DNA of 64,000 nt from Escherichia phage JLBYU24: sequence record OK272476.1; one strand, 5' to 3'. The notes beneath the pieces are model-generated. The model had not been told where the DNA came from. It made no database searches and worked only from the letters and a program-made list of their open reading frames with translations. Positions 9,600 to 19,177 of this stretch are shown piece by piece. The stretch's first letter is position 1, and every line of letters starts with the position of its first letter. Made by a program: the position numbers and the translations under genes.

Positions 9600-10919
9600 T
9601 CACACATAAAACACATCATAACGACCACGAGTGACACCAACATAAAGAAGCTGCTGAGCCAATTCAGCGTCTGCATAATGAATACAAGGCGTATAGATGA
9701 AAGCACGGTCTACAGACATGCCCTGAGCTTTGTGGAATGTTGATGCAGGAAGTGCTTTCACTTTACTAAACTGTGATTTAGCATCCCAAAAATCACTCCA
9801 TGGAGCTTTTCCGCCTTTATTCCAATTTTTATAAGTTTCTGCCGTTTTACCTAAAAAAAAGTTAAACTTATACAGCTCTTCATCAGATGAAATTATTTTA
9901 ATCTTTTCACGATAATATTCATCATCGCCGTAAGTTTCTACTGTTAAATCCCAATGACGAATTAAGTATTCTCCAGGAACACCACGAGCTTTAACAAACG
10001 TTGATGTATACTCTGCTTCTATAATACGAACTAATTGTCCATTATTAAAAATAATTTCTGATACAGGCTTTCCATCAATTTTATATGTTTTAATTAATGG
10101 TTCCTGCATTACAATAATTTCACCGACAATAAAATCTTTATCAGTTTCAAAAATCTTTTTACGAATAATGCTATTTAACTTATCAACAGATTTATTCGTA
10201 AATGCCATCACACGATTTTCAAACAAATCATCTAATGATTTAACAATTGAAAAATAATTTACCATAAAATCGCGTAAAGCGGTATCACCAGTAAATCCAC
10301 GTACTCCATGCCCGTCAACAACTTTATCATAAATCCACTTACCGTTACGAACGTCAGTAGCTACATCAATAATAGGAGCATTACTGCGTTTAACTTCAGT
10401 AAGTTCACACTGATAAAAATCTTTGTGTGTAAAGAATGGACTGATATAAGCAGTATTTTCTCCTGGGTCAACAGGTCTAATTTGCTTATTATCGCCTATT
10501 CCAATTATAATACACCACGGTGGAATAGTTGAAAGCAGAATTTTAAATAGCTTTCTATCATACATTGACACTTCGTCGCAGATTAATACCCTGCATTTAG
10601 CTAAATCTGGTACTTCCTTCTGTTCAAAAAGAACGTTTTCTTCATACGTAACTGGGTTAATTTTAAGAATACTGTGAATAGTACTCGCTTCTTTCCCCGA
10701 CAGTTTTGAAAGAATCTTTTTAGCTGCATGTGTAGGAGCTGCCAAAATGATACCAGTTTCGCCCGTAGATATTAAAGCTTCAATAATGAACTTAGTAAGA
10801 GTAGTCTTACCAGTACCAGCAGGTCCATTAATAGTTACATGATGTTTCTTTTCTTTAATAGCCCTCATAACGATGTTAAAGGCATTTTTCTGGCCTTCTG
10901 TCAAATCATCAAATGTCAT
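9600..10919 (-). CDS. dda: Dda SF1B DNA helicase
   Basis: 439 aa; Walker A GPAGTGKT; Walker B LICDEVSM; length matches T4 Dda. Confidence 0.92.
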   Translation of the reverse strand: MTFDDLTEGQKNAFNIVMRAIKEKKHHVTINGPAGTGKTTLTKFIIEALISTGETGIILAAPTHAAKKILSKLSGKEASTIHSILKINPVTYEENVLFEQKEVPDLAKCRVLICDEVSMYDRKLFKILLSTIPPWCIIIGIGDNKQIRPVDPGENTAYISPFFTHKDFYQCELTEVKRSNAPIIDVATDVRNGKWIYDKVVDGHGVRGFTGDTALRDFMVNYFSIVKSLDDLFENRVMAFTNKSVDKLNSIIRKKIFETDKDFIVGEIIVMQEPLIKTYKIDGKPVSEIIFNNGQLVRIIEAEYTSTFVKARGVPGEYLIRHWDLTVETYGDDEYYREKIKIISSDEELYKFNFFLGKTAETYKNWNKGGKAPWSDFWDAKSQFSKVKALPASTFHKAQGMSVDRAFIYTPCIHYADAELAQQLLYVGVTRGRYDVFYV

Positions 10920-11227
10920 CGTAAATTCCCTGCAATTGGTATACTAACAATACGCCCAGTATCTAAAATTCGCTGATATAATCTTTGTGTGTCTACATCA
11001 GGCTTAACATGTTTAACTTCTATTTTATTAAACCAAAATTTACGTGGAGTCTCAACTAATCTTGGAATTCCCTTACCTAAAGCTAATCGATACTGCTCTT
11101 TAAGAGTGGTAAAAACTTTATCGGCAATCTCCCTTTCAAAAAATACAGCAGGACGATGTTCATCAAGCGGAACTGGCGCCGTAAATCCGTCTTTGTCTCG
11201 GTAAACTATCGCATATACATAAACCAT
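10916..11227 (-). CDS. hypothetical protein (dda.1 position)
   Basis: 103-aa ORF overlapping dda stop by 4 nt. Confidence 0.5.
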   Translation of the reverse strand: MVYVYAIVYRDKDGFTAPVPLDEHRPAVFFEREIADKVFTTLKEQYRLALGKGIPRLVETPRKFWFNKIEVKHVKPDVDTQRLYQRILDTGRIVSIPIAGNLR

Positions 11228-11228
11228 A

Positions 11229-11975
11229 TTATCCTCGGATAAGTTTAAAAATTGAACAATTCAGCGGATATCCTCTTTTCAGTTTAAGTTTATCAATAAA
11301 AGACAAGTTTTGATACCGCTCTACACCTTGAATAATTTTATCACACATATCATATTGCATTTCTGCTTCTGACAACTTTTTCACAGTTTTCCAATCCGAG
11401 CCTTTAAGAAGAACGTTCAATTTAACAACTTCAGCGCCTTCTGCTATACGAGAACCATCAATACGAGCTTTAAGTGCTATAATTCTTAGCTTAATGTCAG
11501 AGGTCTGTTTTGATTTAGAAAGCTGAGAAATGTGTTCAATTCGATTTTCACGCTTTTTCTGTATAGCTTTAATTTGATTATAAGTCTTTTTGATTTTAGC
11601 CCATTTCTTTTCATCTAAATTTAGTTTATGAACTTTTTTCGCAGATGAACGACCAATTCGCAAAGCAAATAAATCACGCTTTTCAATTAACTCTTCTAAA
11701 GTATAATCAGAACGAAATGTATTATACTTTTTCTTTACTGCAATAACGTTCCCTTTAATGTATCCAATGTTATTATCAAAACGTTCTAATGATAATTTCT
11801 CTCCTTCAATACGATTATCAAAAGGTTCTCCCGAGTAAGCGCAAACTTTCTGATCTAAAATGTTCTTAATGTAATTGAAGTCTAAGTTAAAATCTTTAGA
11901 ACGTCTTTTTGCAGATGCCTGAGTGTGCTCTAAACGACGTTTAATTTTACGAATTTGATTATTAGACAGTTTCAT
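11229..11975 (-). CDS. srd: Srd-like protein (sigma-70-similar; position and 248-aa size match T4 srd)
   Basis: 248-aa basic ORF between dda.1 and modA. Confidence 0.6.
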   Translation of the reverse strand: MKLSNNQIRKIKRRLEHTQASAKRRSKDFNLDFNYIKNILDQKVCAYSGEPFDNRIEGEKLSLERFDNNIGYIKGNVIAVKKKYNTFRSDYTLEELIEKRDLFALRIGRSSAKKVHKLNLDEKKWAKIKKTYNQIKAIQKKRENRIEHISQLSKSKQTSDIKLRIIALKARIDGSRIAEGAEVVKLNVLLKGSDWKTVKKLSEAEMQYDMCDKIIQGVERYQNLSFIDKLKLKRGYPLNCSIFKLIRG

Positions 11976-12012
11976 ATTTTTCTCACATCTTACGGACGGT
12001 TAACTACTTATA

Positions 12013-12041
12013 CTATAACATTTTTACTTTAACTTGTAAAC
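12013..12041 (-). promoter_or_regulatory. T4-type early promoter
   Basis: minus strand GTTTAC-N17-TATAGT upstream of srd. Confidence 0.5.
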
Positions 12042-12098
12042 AACTTTATGTAAAAATGCTTTAAAAATTTCATGGTATAATGAATCTAAGTCCTTCCA

Positions 12099-12701
12099 TT
12101 ATAGATTAAATCCTTCAAAATCAAGAGTATAGATAGTGTATGTTGAATACTTTTTATACTCATATCTATCTGCAATTCTAAATACACTTCCAGCTGGTAT
12201 CATTACTTCTTGTTCATCTGAAACTAATTCCATATTACGATAACGATGGCTATCCGGAAACTTAAAGTTTGGATTGTATTCTTTACAGCGTAGAGCTTTT
12301 ATAGCATACTCCTGGAAATTGAATACCATAGGAGCTTTGAATTCAAAAATAACTTGTGTGTTATACTCTAAACCGGAAGCAAAATGTAGAGCTATATTTT
12401 TATCATATGAAGCTGATACGACTTTATCAAATGTAATAATATCAATTCCTTGATTTAACACCTGCTTAGTCTCAGCTGGAACACCTCTCCAAAGAGGTTT
12501 ATCGTTTGGAACCAAACGAGATTTGATTATTTCATTTAACCAAGTATGGTCATCTGGTTTGTTGGTAATACAATGAATTAAAAGTTCAATTTCAGATAAA
12601 TTAAACCCTTCAGAAAGTAATTCTTCACGAATAGAAGCACGCACCGATGCATCCATTGATTTTATTTTAAAATCTTTTAGTTGCATTACTGAGTATTTCA
12701 T
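12099..12701 (-). CDS. modA: ADP-ribosyltransferase ModA
   Basis: 200 aa; R-S-E ART motifs (WRGV, SAS, EQEVMIP); paralog of adjacent ORF. Confidence 0.8.
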   Translation of the reverse strand: MKYSVMQLKDFKIKSMDASVRASIREELLSEGFNLSEIELLIHCITNKPDDHTWLNEIIKSRLVPNDKPLWRGVPAETKQVLNQGIDIITFDKVVSASYDKNIALHFASGLEYNTQVIFEFKAPMVFNFQEYAIKALRCKEYNPNFKFPDSHRYRNMELVSDEQEVMIPAGSVFRIADRYEYKKYSTYTIYTLDFEGFNL

Positions 12702-13321
12702 TCAACTACCTCAATATCATAAACTTTAAATGTTCCAAATGAATCGTGTAATTTTTCTTTTGAAATAGAAGTTATTCTATACTTTCCAATTGGAATCATC
12801 CATTCTTGTTCATGCACAATCATCATTAAGTTATCAGTACGCTCTGAATCTAGCCCATCAGTATCTTCATACGTGTACTTAAACTCAGTATTAGGAGAAG
12901 AAAGTATAATATCGCTGATATGGTCAGAGTAATTAAAAGCTTTATCAGTTTTTAAACGAAGTATTGTTTCAGTGAAATATTCAGCATAAGAAAAAGAACA
13001 CGCTGTATGCAAACTAGTAGTAAATGAATCTACCCTGTTCGTTGAAAACACTTCTCCAACTTGCAAATCTTTAATAAGTTCTTTTGTCGATTTTGATATA
13101 CCACGATATAATTGATAAGGCGATTTAGTTAAATGCTTTTTAATGATTTTATTCAACTGTCTGTGAAGAGCTTCATTCTTTTTTGCTTCCATACATTGCC
13201 AAAGAATTGACTGCTCAAAATCAGTAAATTTTTCACAGACCTTTTTATACATATCATATTGAAAATCAACGCTTTCAGCTTTTATAGATAACTGTTCAAC
13301 ATCTGCAGGATTAATAATCAT
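12698..13321 (-). CDS. modB: ADP-ribosyltransferase ModB
   Basis: 207 aa; LYRGIS and EQEWMIP ART motifs; 4-nt overlap with modA. Confidence 0.8.
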   Translation of the reverse strand: MIINPADVEQLSIKAESVDFQYDMYKKVCEKFTDFEQSILWQCMEAKKNEALHRQLNKIIKKHLTKSPYQLYRGISKSTKELIKDLQVGEVFSTNRVDSFTTSLHTACSFSYAEYFTETILRLKTDKAFNYSDHISDIILSSPNTEFKYTYEDTDGLDSERTDNLMMIVHEQEWMIPIGKYRITSISKEKLHDSFGTFKVYDIEVVE

Positions 13322-13347
13322 GATAGCCTCCGTATACTTCAGAAGCT

Positions 13348-13377
13348 ATCATATCATCGTTAGAAAGGAAAGTAAAC
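13348..13377 (-). promoter_or_regulatory. T4-type early promoter
   Basis: minus strand GTTTAC-N18-TATGAT upstream of modB. Confidence 0.45.
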
Positions 13378-13388
13378 AACTTTTTGAA

Positions 13389-13571
13389 TTATTTTGCCCA
13401 GGGAGCCCAAGGCGGAGGGTCAAGATGGTATGAAGCTAGTTCTTCTAGAAGAGCATCTGGGGCTTCAATTCCATAATTCTGTAATACTATACGGTACTCT
13501 TTCTTATAATCACTAGAATCATTCTGGTTATTCGTAGAATGATTATCTTCTAACATCTCAAATAAATCCAT
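13389..13571 (-). CDS. hypothetical protein
   Basis: 60-aa ORF. Confidence 0.4.
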   Translation of the reverse strand: MDLFEMLEDNHSTNNQNDSSDYKKEYRIVLQNYGIEAPDALLEELASYHLDPPPWAPWAK

Positions 13572-13579
13572 ATTAATTC

Positions 13580-14050
13580 CTAGCGATAAAAACCAAAGTG
13601 ACGATTAGCTTCAATGATCTTTCTTTCTTCTTCGGACATTCTCCAGCGTAGTCCAACATCAAAATGAGCCCAGACCATCCTAACAAATGCATTTATATCT
13701 TTAATATCTTCAATAATGAATGTTTTACTTTTAGAAGGTTGACTCGCTAATTTAACTTTATCGTCTTCAAACATGTCAAAAAGACCATATTCATGAGCTC
13801 TTTTATAGCCTTTAATAGTTAAAGCTTCAGAAGAAGAAAATGGTGAATCTGTATTCTGCAAAATATCTTCAGTATGCTTTATAATTAGAATAACATTTTC
13901 TGGATATTTTCTTTCTTTTATATCTTTAATTAAAATATCCGGATTTTCTGCTAAAGGAATAATTAACGAGCATTTTTTATCAAGTGTATTTACTGATTTA
14001 CCTTCTTTAGACATAAATTCTATTGAATATAATTTTGCTACTTCAATCAT
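13580..14050 (-). CDS. hypothetical protein
   Basis: 156-aa ORF. Confidence 0.45.
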   Translation of the reverse strand: MIEVAKLYSIEFMSKEGKSVNTLDKKCSLIIPLAENPDILIKDIKERKYPENVILIIKHTEDILQNTDSPFSSSEALTIKGYKRAHEYGLFDMFEDDKVKLASQPSKSKTFIIEDIKDINAFVRMVWAHFDVGLRWRMSEEERKIIEANRHFGFYR

Positions 14051-14052
14051 GT

Positions 14053-14215
14053 GATTTCCTTTTGCCTACTAATGGACCGTCAGGAATTTTGTTTTCCTGA
14101 ATGTATTTCTCATTTTCTTCCATCATTTTACTACCGATTTTAAGAAGCAAATCCATTGCTTCATTTGCTTTAGCCTTTGCCTCTTCTAACGTCATATCTT
14201 TGGTCATGATTTATC
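14053..14215 (-). CDS. hypothetical small protein
   Basis: ~53-aa ORF below track cutoff; stop overlaps ATG of 13580-14050 ORF. Confidence 0.35.
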
Positions 14216-14407
14216 ACCATAGATGTCTCTCATCAATTTAAGCGCTGAGCGTTCTAATTTCTTTTCTTTCTCAGCACTAATCATTGATTTTATCCATTCT
14301 TCTGACTCGTTCTGCATTTCTTTATTTGCCTGTTCAACCCAACCATCATCAATATACATTGAGTTTGGTCTATTGAACCATTCAAGCATTTTCTTCAGAA
14401 CTTTCAT
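14204..14407 (-). CDS. hypothetical protein
   Basis: 67-aa ORF. Confidence 0.4.
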   Translation of the reverse strand: MKVLKKMLEWFNRPNSMYIDDGWVEQANKEMQNESEEWIKSMISAEKEKKLERSALKLMRDIYGDKS

Positions 14408-14879
14408 TTGTTTTACCTAAAACGATAGTATGGACAGCGTCAAATTCATGAATTTTTAGCAAATTAGGATTTAAATTATTCCATAAAGAGGTAATAAAAT
14501 ATGATAGCGCACTTTCGTCCGTAATTATAAATTTATTTCCTTTATCTATTTTCCAATCATATATTGAATCGTATGAATAGAAGGATAACGGTTTATTATT
14601 ATAGTATGCTTCAGCAACATCAATATAGTTAGATTTAGTAAATGCTTGAATTGCCATAAATGGAGAATTTTGTACAGTTTCAATAATTCCGATCTTTTTA
14701 AGTTTTATTTCAACATCTTCTGGAACTGGCATTGAAATAAAATCTTCTACTAGATACATGTCATTGTCATATCTTTTATCAATCATTACTGCTACTGTAA
14801 TTGGAACATCCTTGACAAACGCCATACTAATACTATTGATAGACATTTCAAACAAAATCGCTTCCATAATTTTCCTCAA
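14382..14879 (-). CDS. hypothetical protein
   Basis: 165-aa ORF. Confidence 0.45.
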   Translation of the reverse strand: MRKIMEAILFEMSINSISMAFVKDVPITVAVMIDKRYDNDMYLVEDFISMPVPEDVEIKLKKIGIIETVQNSPFMAIQAFTKSNYIDVAEAYYNNKPLSFYSYDSIYDWKIDKGNKFIITDESALSYFITSLWNNLNPNLLKIHEFDAVHTIVLGKTNESSEENA

Positions 14880-15217
14880 TCACAAGATGTAGATGAACAA
14901 CTAGAATCACAAGAACTTCCACATGAATCGCCCGTCCATACATGAACAGGAACATTAGTATCATATGAATCAGAACTAGACTGTGTATTCTGTGCATTAG
15001 ATGATGTAGTAGGTACTGACCAGCGCCAAGGATTTTTATAATATTCTTGGGCTTCTTCATAAGTCATAGTAACTGCTTCTACTGTTCCATCTCCCATATA
15101 AACATACTCAACTACAGTTAAAGGAAGGTAGTCATTTGAAATAGGAACTACACCTTCTCCCGGAGTTGTAGAGAAAAAATCTGTAAAGAAATTTTTAAAC
15201 CAATTAAATATAAACAT
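14876..15217 (-). CDS. hypothetical protein with Ser/Cys-rich C-terminal tail
   Basis: 113 aa; C-terminus [19 protein letters not shown]. Confidence 0.45.
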   Translation of the reverse strand: MFIFNWFKNFFTDFFSTTPGEGVVPISNDYLPLTVVEYVYMGDGTVEAVTMTYEEAQEYYKNPWRWSVPTTSSNAQNTQSSSDSYDTNVPVHVWTGDSCGSSCDSSCSSTSCD

Positions 15218-15429
15218 TACAAAAAGCCTCTTTGAAATTCGACTCTTTGAAATCCACCCCAGTCAGTATATCGCATTTCAGCATTGAACTCGACTGAACC
15301 ATCTGCATGCATCATGAATGAATGCGTGACGACATCACAATCCCAGCTTTTCATACCCCATTTATCAGAGATAGCTTTATCAAGAACCTTCTGAAGGTCT
15401 TCATTTGGTTTAATCCAACGATTTAACAT
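15217..15429 (-). CDS. hypothetical protein
   Basis: 70-aa ORF; early promoter upstream. Confidence 0.45.
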   Translation of the reverse strand: MLNRWIKPNEDLQKVLDKAISDKWGMKSWDCDVVTHSFMMHADGSVEFNAEMRYTDWGGFQRVEFQRGFL

Positions 15430-15455
15430 AGTGTTCTCCTCTATAAGATATTTTT

Positions 15456-15485
15456 ATTATACCACACTCATTTTGACATGTAAAC
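15456..15485 (-). promoter_or_regulatory. T4-type early promoter
   Basis: plus attata 15456-15461, gtaaac 15480-15485. Confidence 0.5.
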
Positions 15486-15500
15486 CATAAAATGAAAAAA

Positions 15501-15518
15501 GGAATCCCGAAGGATTCC
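15501..15518 (-). terminator. intrinsic terminator-like hairpin with UUCG loop followed by U-run
   Basis: ggaatcc-cgaa-ggattcc just 3' of soc; minus-strand RNA has U-rich tail. Confidence 0.6.
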
Positions 15519-15527
15519 TTAAATTAT

Positions 15528-15785
15528 TTAACCACCTACACCAGGTGTAGGTGTAACAGTCCAAAGACCTTCATTAGCAGTGATCCATTCAGTACGCTGA
15601 TTTTCTTCATATACTGTAGAATATGCTGCTTTTTCAGAAGGGAATGTCTGATAATGAGCACCAGAAATTTTGTGAACATCAGAATAAAGAGGGAAAGCTA
15701 CAGAAATTTCTTTACCCTGAATTGTACCACCATCAACTGCTTGGTCAAATGTTTTGATATTAACATAACCGCGAGTACTAGCCAT
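15528..15785 (-). CDS. soc: small outer capsid protein Soc
   Basis: 85 aa; MASTRGYVNIKTF...ISVAFPLYSDVHKISGAHYQTFPSEKAAYSTVYEENQRTEW matches remembered T4 Soc. Confidence 0.92.
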   Translation of the reverse strand: MASTRGYVNIKTFDQAVDGGTIQGKEISVAFPLYSDVHKISGAHYQTFPSEKAAYSTVYEENQRTEWITANEGLWTVTPTPGVGG

Positions 15786-15801
15786 GTAATTCTCCTTTTA
15801 T

Positions 15802-16011
15802 TTAAATTACATGATTATTTATAATAAATTCTCGCGGAACGTTAAAATACCCGATTTTAGTTAATATAACAACATCGCCGTTAATAATTACCGGAGAATA
15901 ATCTTCTGGAGCATTAAATTTCCAATGGGCTCTAATATTATATCCATCAGAACCAAATGCTCGCGTAGCTGGTCTCCCAGCTTTTTGCCATGCGTAGAAA
16001 TCAAATTTCAT
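15802..16011 (-). CDS. hypothetical protein (soc.1-like position; no segF-like endonuclease here)
   Basis: 69-aa ORF between soc and gene 56. Confidence 0.4.
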   Translation of the reverse strand: MKFDFYAWQKAGRPATRAFGSDGYNIRAHWKFNAPEDYSPVIINGDVVILTKIGYFNVPREFIINNHVI

Positions 16012-16202
16012 TTTGAATGCTCTATAATTAATTTTAAAGCTTCTTCACTGACAAAAATTTCGTCAGGACCTTCTATAACTTCAACCATACGAAGTTGATT
16101 AGTTAAGAGCTCACATACGAGCTCCTTGTTATAATCTTTAAATAGCTGGTCAATACGTTTCTTATGGGCTTTCTTGAGCTGACGCTTATTTAAACGAGCC
16201 AT
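16008..16202 (-). CDS. hypothetical protein
   Basis: 64-aa ORF overlapping neighbours. Confidence 0.4.
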   Translation of the reverse strand: MARLNKRQLKKAHKKRIDQLFKDYNKELVCELLTNQLRMVEVIEGPDEIFVSEEALKLIIEHSK

Positions 16203-16720
16203 TAATAACCTCGGTCTTGACGAGCGAAGTTTTCAGCATTTTTCAGATAATAAAGTTTAAATATTTCTTCAGCTGACATTCCAAGAGCAATGAATTTATT
16301 CATGAAAAAGTGAAATTGATCAATCAGTTCAAATTTAATTTCAAGCTGATCTTCAGGAGATAAATCTTGAATTTTCTTGGATTGCATTTCAGAATAACGT
16401 TTCTTCCAAGGTTTCCATACAGCAGAAGCTTCTTTTTCGCCATTACTCATACCACCGAGAGAAGTATATAGCTCGCGAGTTTCGTCTGCGATATAATCGT
16501 CTTGGTTTCGCAACCAAGCAAGAACTTCTCCCGCAGTTTCAAGTGAATCAGGATGACGATTTGTTTCTGGTTTATCATTAGCCAAACGAATCTGTAAATG
16601 CCGCTGCATGTCAAGCATAACCTGCAATGGGTCAATACTGTGCATAATATACTCAGCATATGCACGATTTGCTTTATCAACACCTTCGATCAAATGAGCA
16701 CATTCATTAAAGTGAGCCAT
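16202..16720 (-). CDS. 56: dCTP pyrophosphatase (MazG-like), gp56
   Basis: ATG at 16718-16720 with AGGA RBS gives ~172 aa; track ORF is an upstream extension. Confidence 0.75.
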   Translation of the reverse strand: MAHFNECAHLIEGVDKANRAYAEYIMHSIDPLQVMLDMQRHLQIRLANDKPETNRHPDSLETAGEVLAWLRNQDDYIADETRELYTSLGGMSNGEKEASAVWKPWKKRYSEMQSKKIQDLSPEDQLEIKFELIDQFHFFMNKFIALGMSAEEIFKLYYLKNAENFARQDRGY

Positions 16721-16791
16721 TATTTTTCCTTTCAATTCATGGGTTAGTAGATTAATTATACAATAAATATATAAAGCAATAAGGAGGACAT

Positions 16792-16992
16792 ATGGTACAA
16801 AAATTAATGGCACTTGTTAATGCCATAAAAGGTAATAAAAAACGTATAGCTTTTACTATTTCTGCTATGGTAGGAATTTTACTCTGGAACTTTATTCTAT
16901 CACCTGTTGCAATTGCACATGGTATTAATATTCCAGTAGTTACTCTTGATACATTTGTAGATTTAGCATTTGCTTTAGTTGGGTTAATTTAA
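16792..16992 (+). CDS. small hydrophobic protein on the plus strand
   Basis: 66 aa; strong SD taaggagga 5 nt before ATG; two predicted TM segments; intergenic between genes 56 and 61. Confidence 0.4.
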   Translation: MVQKLMALVNAIKGNKKRIAFTISAMVGILLWNFILSPVAIAHGINIPVVTLDTFVDLAFALVGLI

Positions 16993-18017
16993 ATCTTAGC
17001 ATATTTAGATAACCGCATTTTAGCCATCAACCCCTGGGCAATATTATTTTTCATATATTCCATAATTTGTTCAGGGGTTGCACCTTCCTTTCTAATCATA
17101 TCATTAACATCTTTTGATTTCCAGGGAGATTTATCCCAAAACATAACCCTTTCTCCTGCATCAACTAATTTAGTCATTCGCTTAATAGTGTCAGGATGAC
17201 GAGGTTCATTATCTAAAACCCACACACGTCTATCTTTAAATGGAACAACTTCTAGGTCTAATTGACCACCCGTAATAGCTATACCATTTTCAATAAAAAG
17301 TGAATCTATAGGTCCTTCTAGAACATATACATCACCATCTTTAACTCGTTCAACACCGTAAATTTTTGTTGCCTCAGGATAAGCTTTAATGGTGATATAT
17401 TTTTGAGGAGCATCTTTCTTTAATGCACGTCCTTGAAAAGACTCAGCTTTTCCATTAGCATTATAAATTGGAATAACAAGACGAGGCTCAGAAATTTCCT
17501 TTTTGTATGTTCCCGGTGCTATGCTATTAACTAATTTAGGCCATTCAGTTGTAAACCAAAGATATTTCCATTTATCCTTTGGAATACAACGAGCTTTTAC
17601 ATATTTTATAATTGCATGGTCTTCCGCCAGTTTATCTAATCGAACACATGACGGAAGAGATTTAATTATTTTCTTCTCAGGTTGTTTAGGAAGTTCTTTA
17701 GGTTTTTCTACTGGACGACTTTTACCTTTTTCTTTTCTTATTTCAAAGATATACTCACGATATAAATCAGGTTCAAACTCCTTTAAATATATTCCGATTG
17801 GTGCATGATAGTTACAGTTATAACAATGAATATTTCCTTCATTATTATCACCATAATACCATCCACGAGCTTTATTCTGGTCGGTTTTTGAATCTCCACA
17901 AACAGGACATCTAAACCGTAATTTAAAAGTTGAACTATTATTTACTTGTGTGAATTTAGGTAAATGAGCTAATGCACGGTATGCAAACTCATTATCAATC
18001 CAAGGTATTGATGACAT
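16989..18017 (-). CDS. 61: DNA primase gp61
   Basis: 342 aa; zinc ribbon CPVCG...CYNC; TOPRIM-like core; length matches T4 gp61. Confidence 0.92.
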   Translation of the reverse strand: MSSIPWIDNEFAYRALAHLPKFTQVNNSSTFKLRFRCPVCGDSKTDQNKARGWYYGDNNEGNIHCYNCNYHAPIGIYLKEFEPDLYREYIFEIRKEKGKSRPVEKPKELPKQPEKKIIKSLPSCVRLDKLAEDHAIIKYVKARCIPKDKWKYLWFTTEWPKLVNSIAPGTYKKEISEPRLVIPIYNANGKAESFQGRALKKDAPQKYITIKAYPEATKIYGVERVKDGDVYVLEGPIDSLFIENGIAITGGQLDLEVVPFKDRRVWVLDNEPRHPDTIKRMTKLVDAGERVMFWDKSPWKSKDVNDMIRKEGATPEQIMEYMKNNIAQGLMAKMRLSKYAKI

Positions 18018-18019
18018 TT

Positions 18020-18184
18020 TTACTCTTCTTTTTCTTTAGATTCCTCTTTTTTCTTTTTAGGAATCTGTTCAGGACCTTTATTTACTACAGCGCCTGATGT
18101 TGTTCCAGTAGAGATATTTTCAGGACTACCGCCTGAATCTCCAGCGACCATATCTTCTTTGATAAATTCTTTATATGTTTTCAT
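18020..18184 (-). CDS. small protein with capsid-targeting-sequence-like N-terminus (MKTYKEFIKE)
   Basis: 54-aa ORF below track cutoff; stop overlaps gp61 start; Lys/Glu-rich C-terminus. Confidence 0.4.
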   Translation of the reverse strand: MKTYKEFIKEDMVAGDSGGSPENISTGTTSGAVVNKGPEQIPKKKKEESKEKEE

Positions 18185-18185
18185 A

Positions 18186-18542
18186 TTAACCTCTATTCAT
18201 AAAAGCATTAAAAATTTGGTCATCAATAGATGGCGCAGTAATATTTTCTGCATCATTTAGCAAATCATTAATTTCATCAGATAGCATAACACACGTACCT
18301 TTATTTCCTGTAATTGTTACTGCACAATTACGAACGTTTTCTTTATCAAATTTTAGGTTAATATTTTCATAGTGAAAATCCTTTAATGCCGAATATATCT
18401 TTAAAATGAAATTGTCTTTTACTACAATAAACCCAACCTCACTATTAAAACGCGGTTCATGGAAACTGTAATAAACCTTTTCATCTATAAAATCGTATGA
18501 AATTTTTTCCATTTTTAAATATGAAAATTCAGAACTATACAT
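18186..18542 (-). CDS. hypothetical protein
   Basis: 118 aa; C-terminus SIDDQIFNAFMNRG duplicated in next ORF. Confidence 0.45.
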   Translation of the reverse strand: MYSSEFSYLKMEKISYDFIDEKVYYSFHEPRFNSEVGFIVVKDNFILKIYSALKDFHYENINLKFDKENVRNCAVTITGNKGTCVMLSDEINDLLNDAENITAPSIDDQIFNAFMNRG

Positions 18543-18543
18543 A

Positions 18544-19176
18544 TTAACCTTTATTCATAAAAGCATTAAAAATTTGATCGTCAATAGAAACTTTTACTTT
18601 AGGCTGTTCTTCAAACGGTAATTCATATCCACATATTACAATTTTGTGATCGATACCAAAATACACAGAAGCAATATTATTAATATTATTTTCAGTGAAA
18701 TCTAAATCAACATCAATATCTTTTTGACTAACGCTCAAAGGATAATTAATACGAATAATTCGATTATCTTTAACAAAGATTCCACCGACATACTCTGTGC
18801 TGCGTTTAAAGTTTACACGTTTCCTAAATGAAAAATATTCAGGTTCTTTATGCGCTCGACTCATAGGGCTTAAAGTGTATTCCGAATATGAAATATCAAA
18901 TCCTACACCTTCAATATGAGCCAAAGTGTCATGATTAAACCAATTATAATCGTATGCCAAATCCATTAAATTGTAATATGTGAAAGGCACCGGATTAACA
19001 TCATATGTTGTACCTTTAAAATCTGCCCAGGCAACGATTTCGTTATCTTTAACAATTACAAAAATTGTGCCAATAAGATATCCACGGTTATTTTCATCAG
19101 GTGTTATATTATAACATTGTGCATCAGGAAATTTACCGTATTTAAACGGTGGATTTTTGTGCATATAATAAATCAT
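18544..19176 (-). CDS. hypothetical protein
   Basis: 210 aa; C-terminus SIDDQIFNAFMNKG. Confidence 0.45.
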   Translation of the reverse strand: MIYYMHKNPPFKYGKFPDAQCYNITPDENNRGYLIGTIFVIVKDNEIVAWADFKGTTYDVNPVPFTYYNLMDLAYDYNWFNHDTLAHIEGVGFDISYSEYTLSPMSRAHKEPEYFSFRKRVNFKRSTEYVGGIFVKDNRIIRINYPLSVSQKDIDVDLDFTENNINNIASVYFGIDHKIVICGYELPFEEQPKVKVSIDDQIFNAFMNKG

Positions 19177-19177
19177 A

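Noticed and set aside
16447-16683. ORF 16447-16683 (78 aa) and the N-terminal extension of the gene 56 ORF to 16813
   Set aside because: Alternative-frame or upstream-extension artefacts; the gp56 start with RBS is at 16720.
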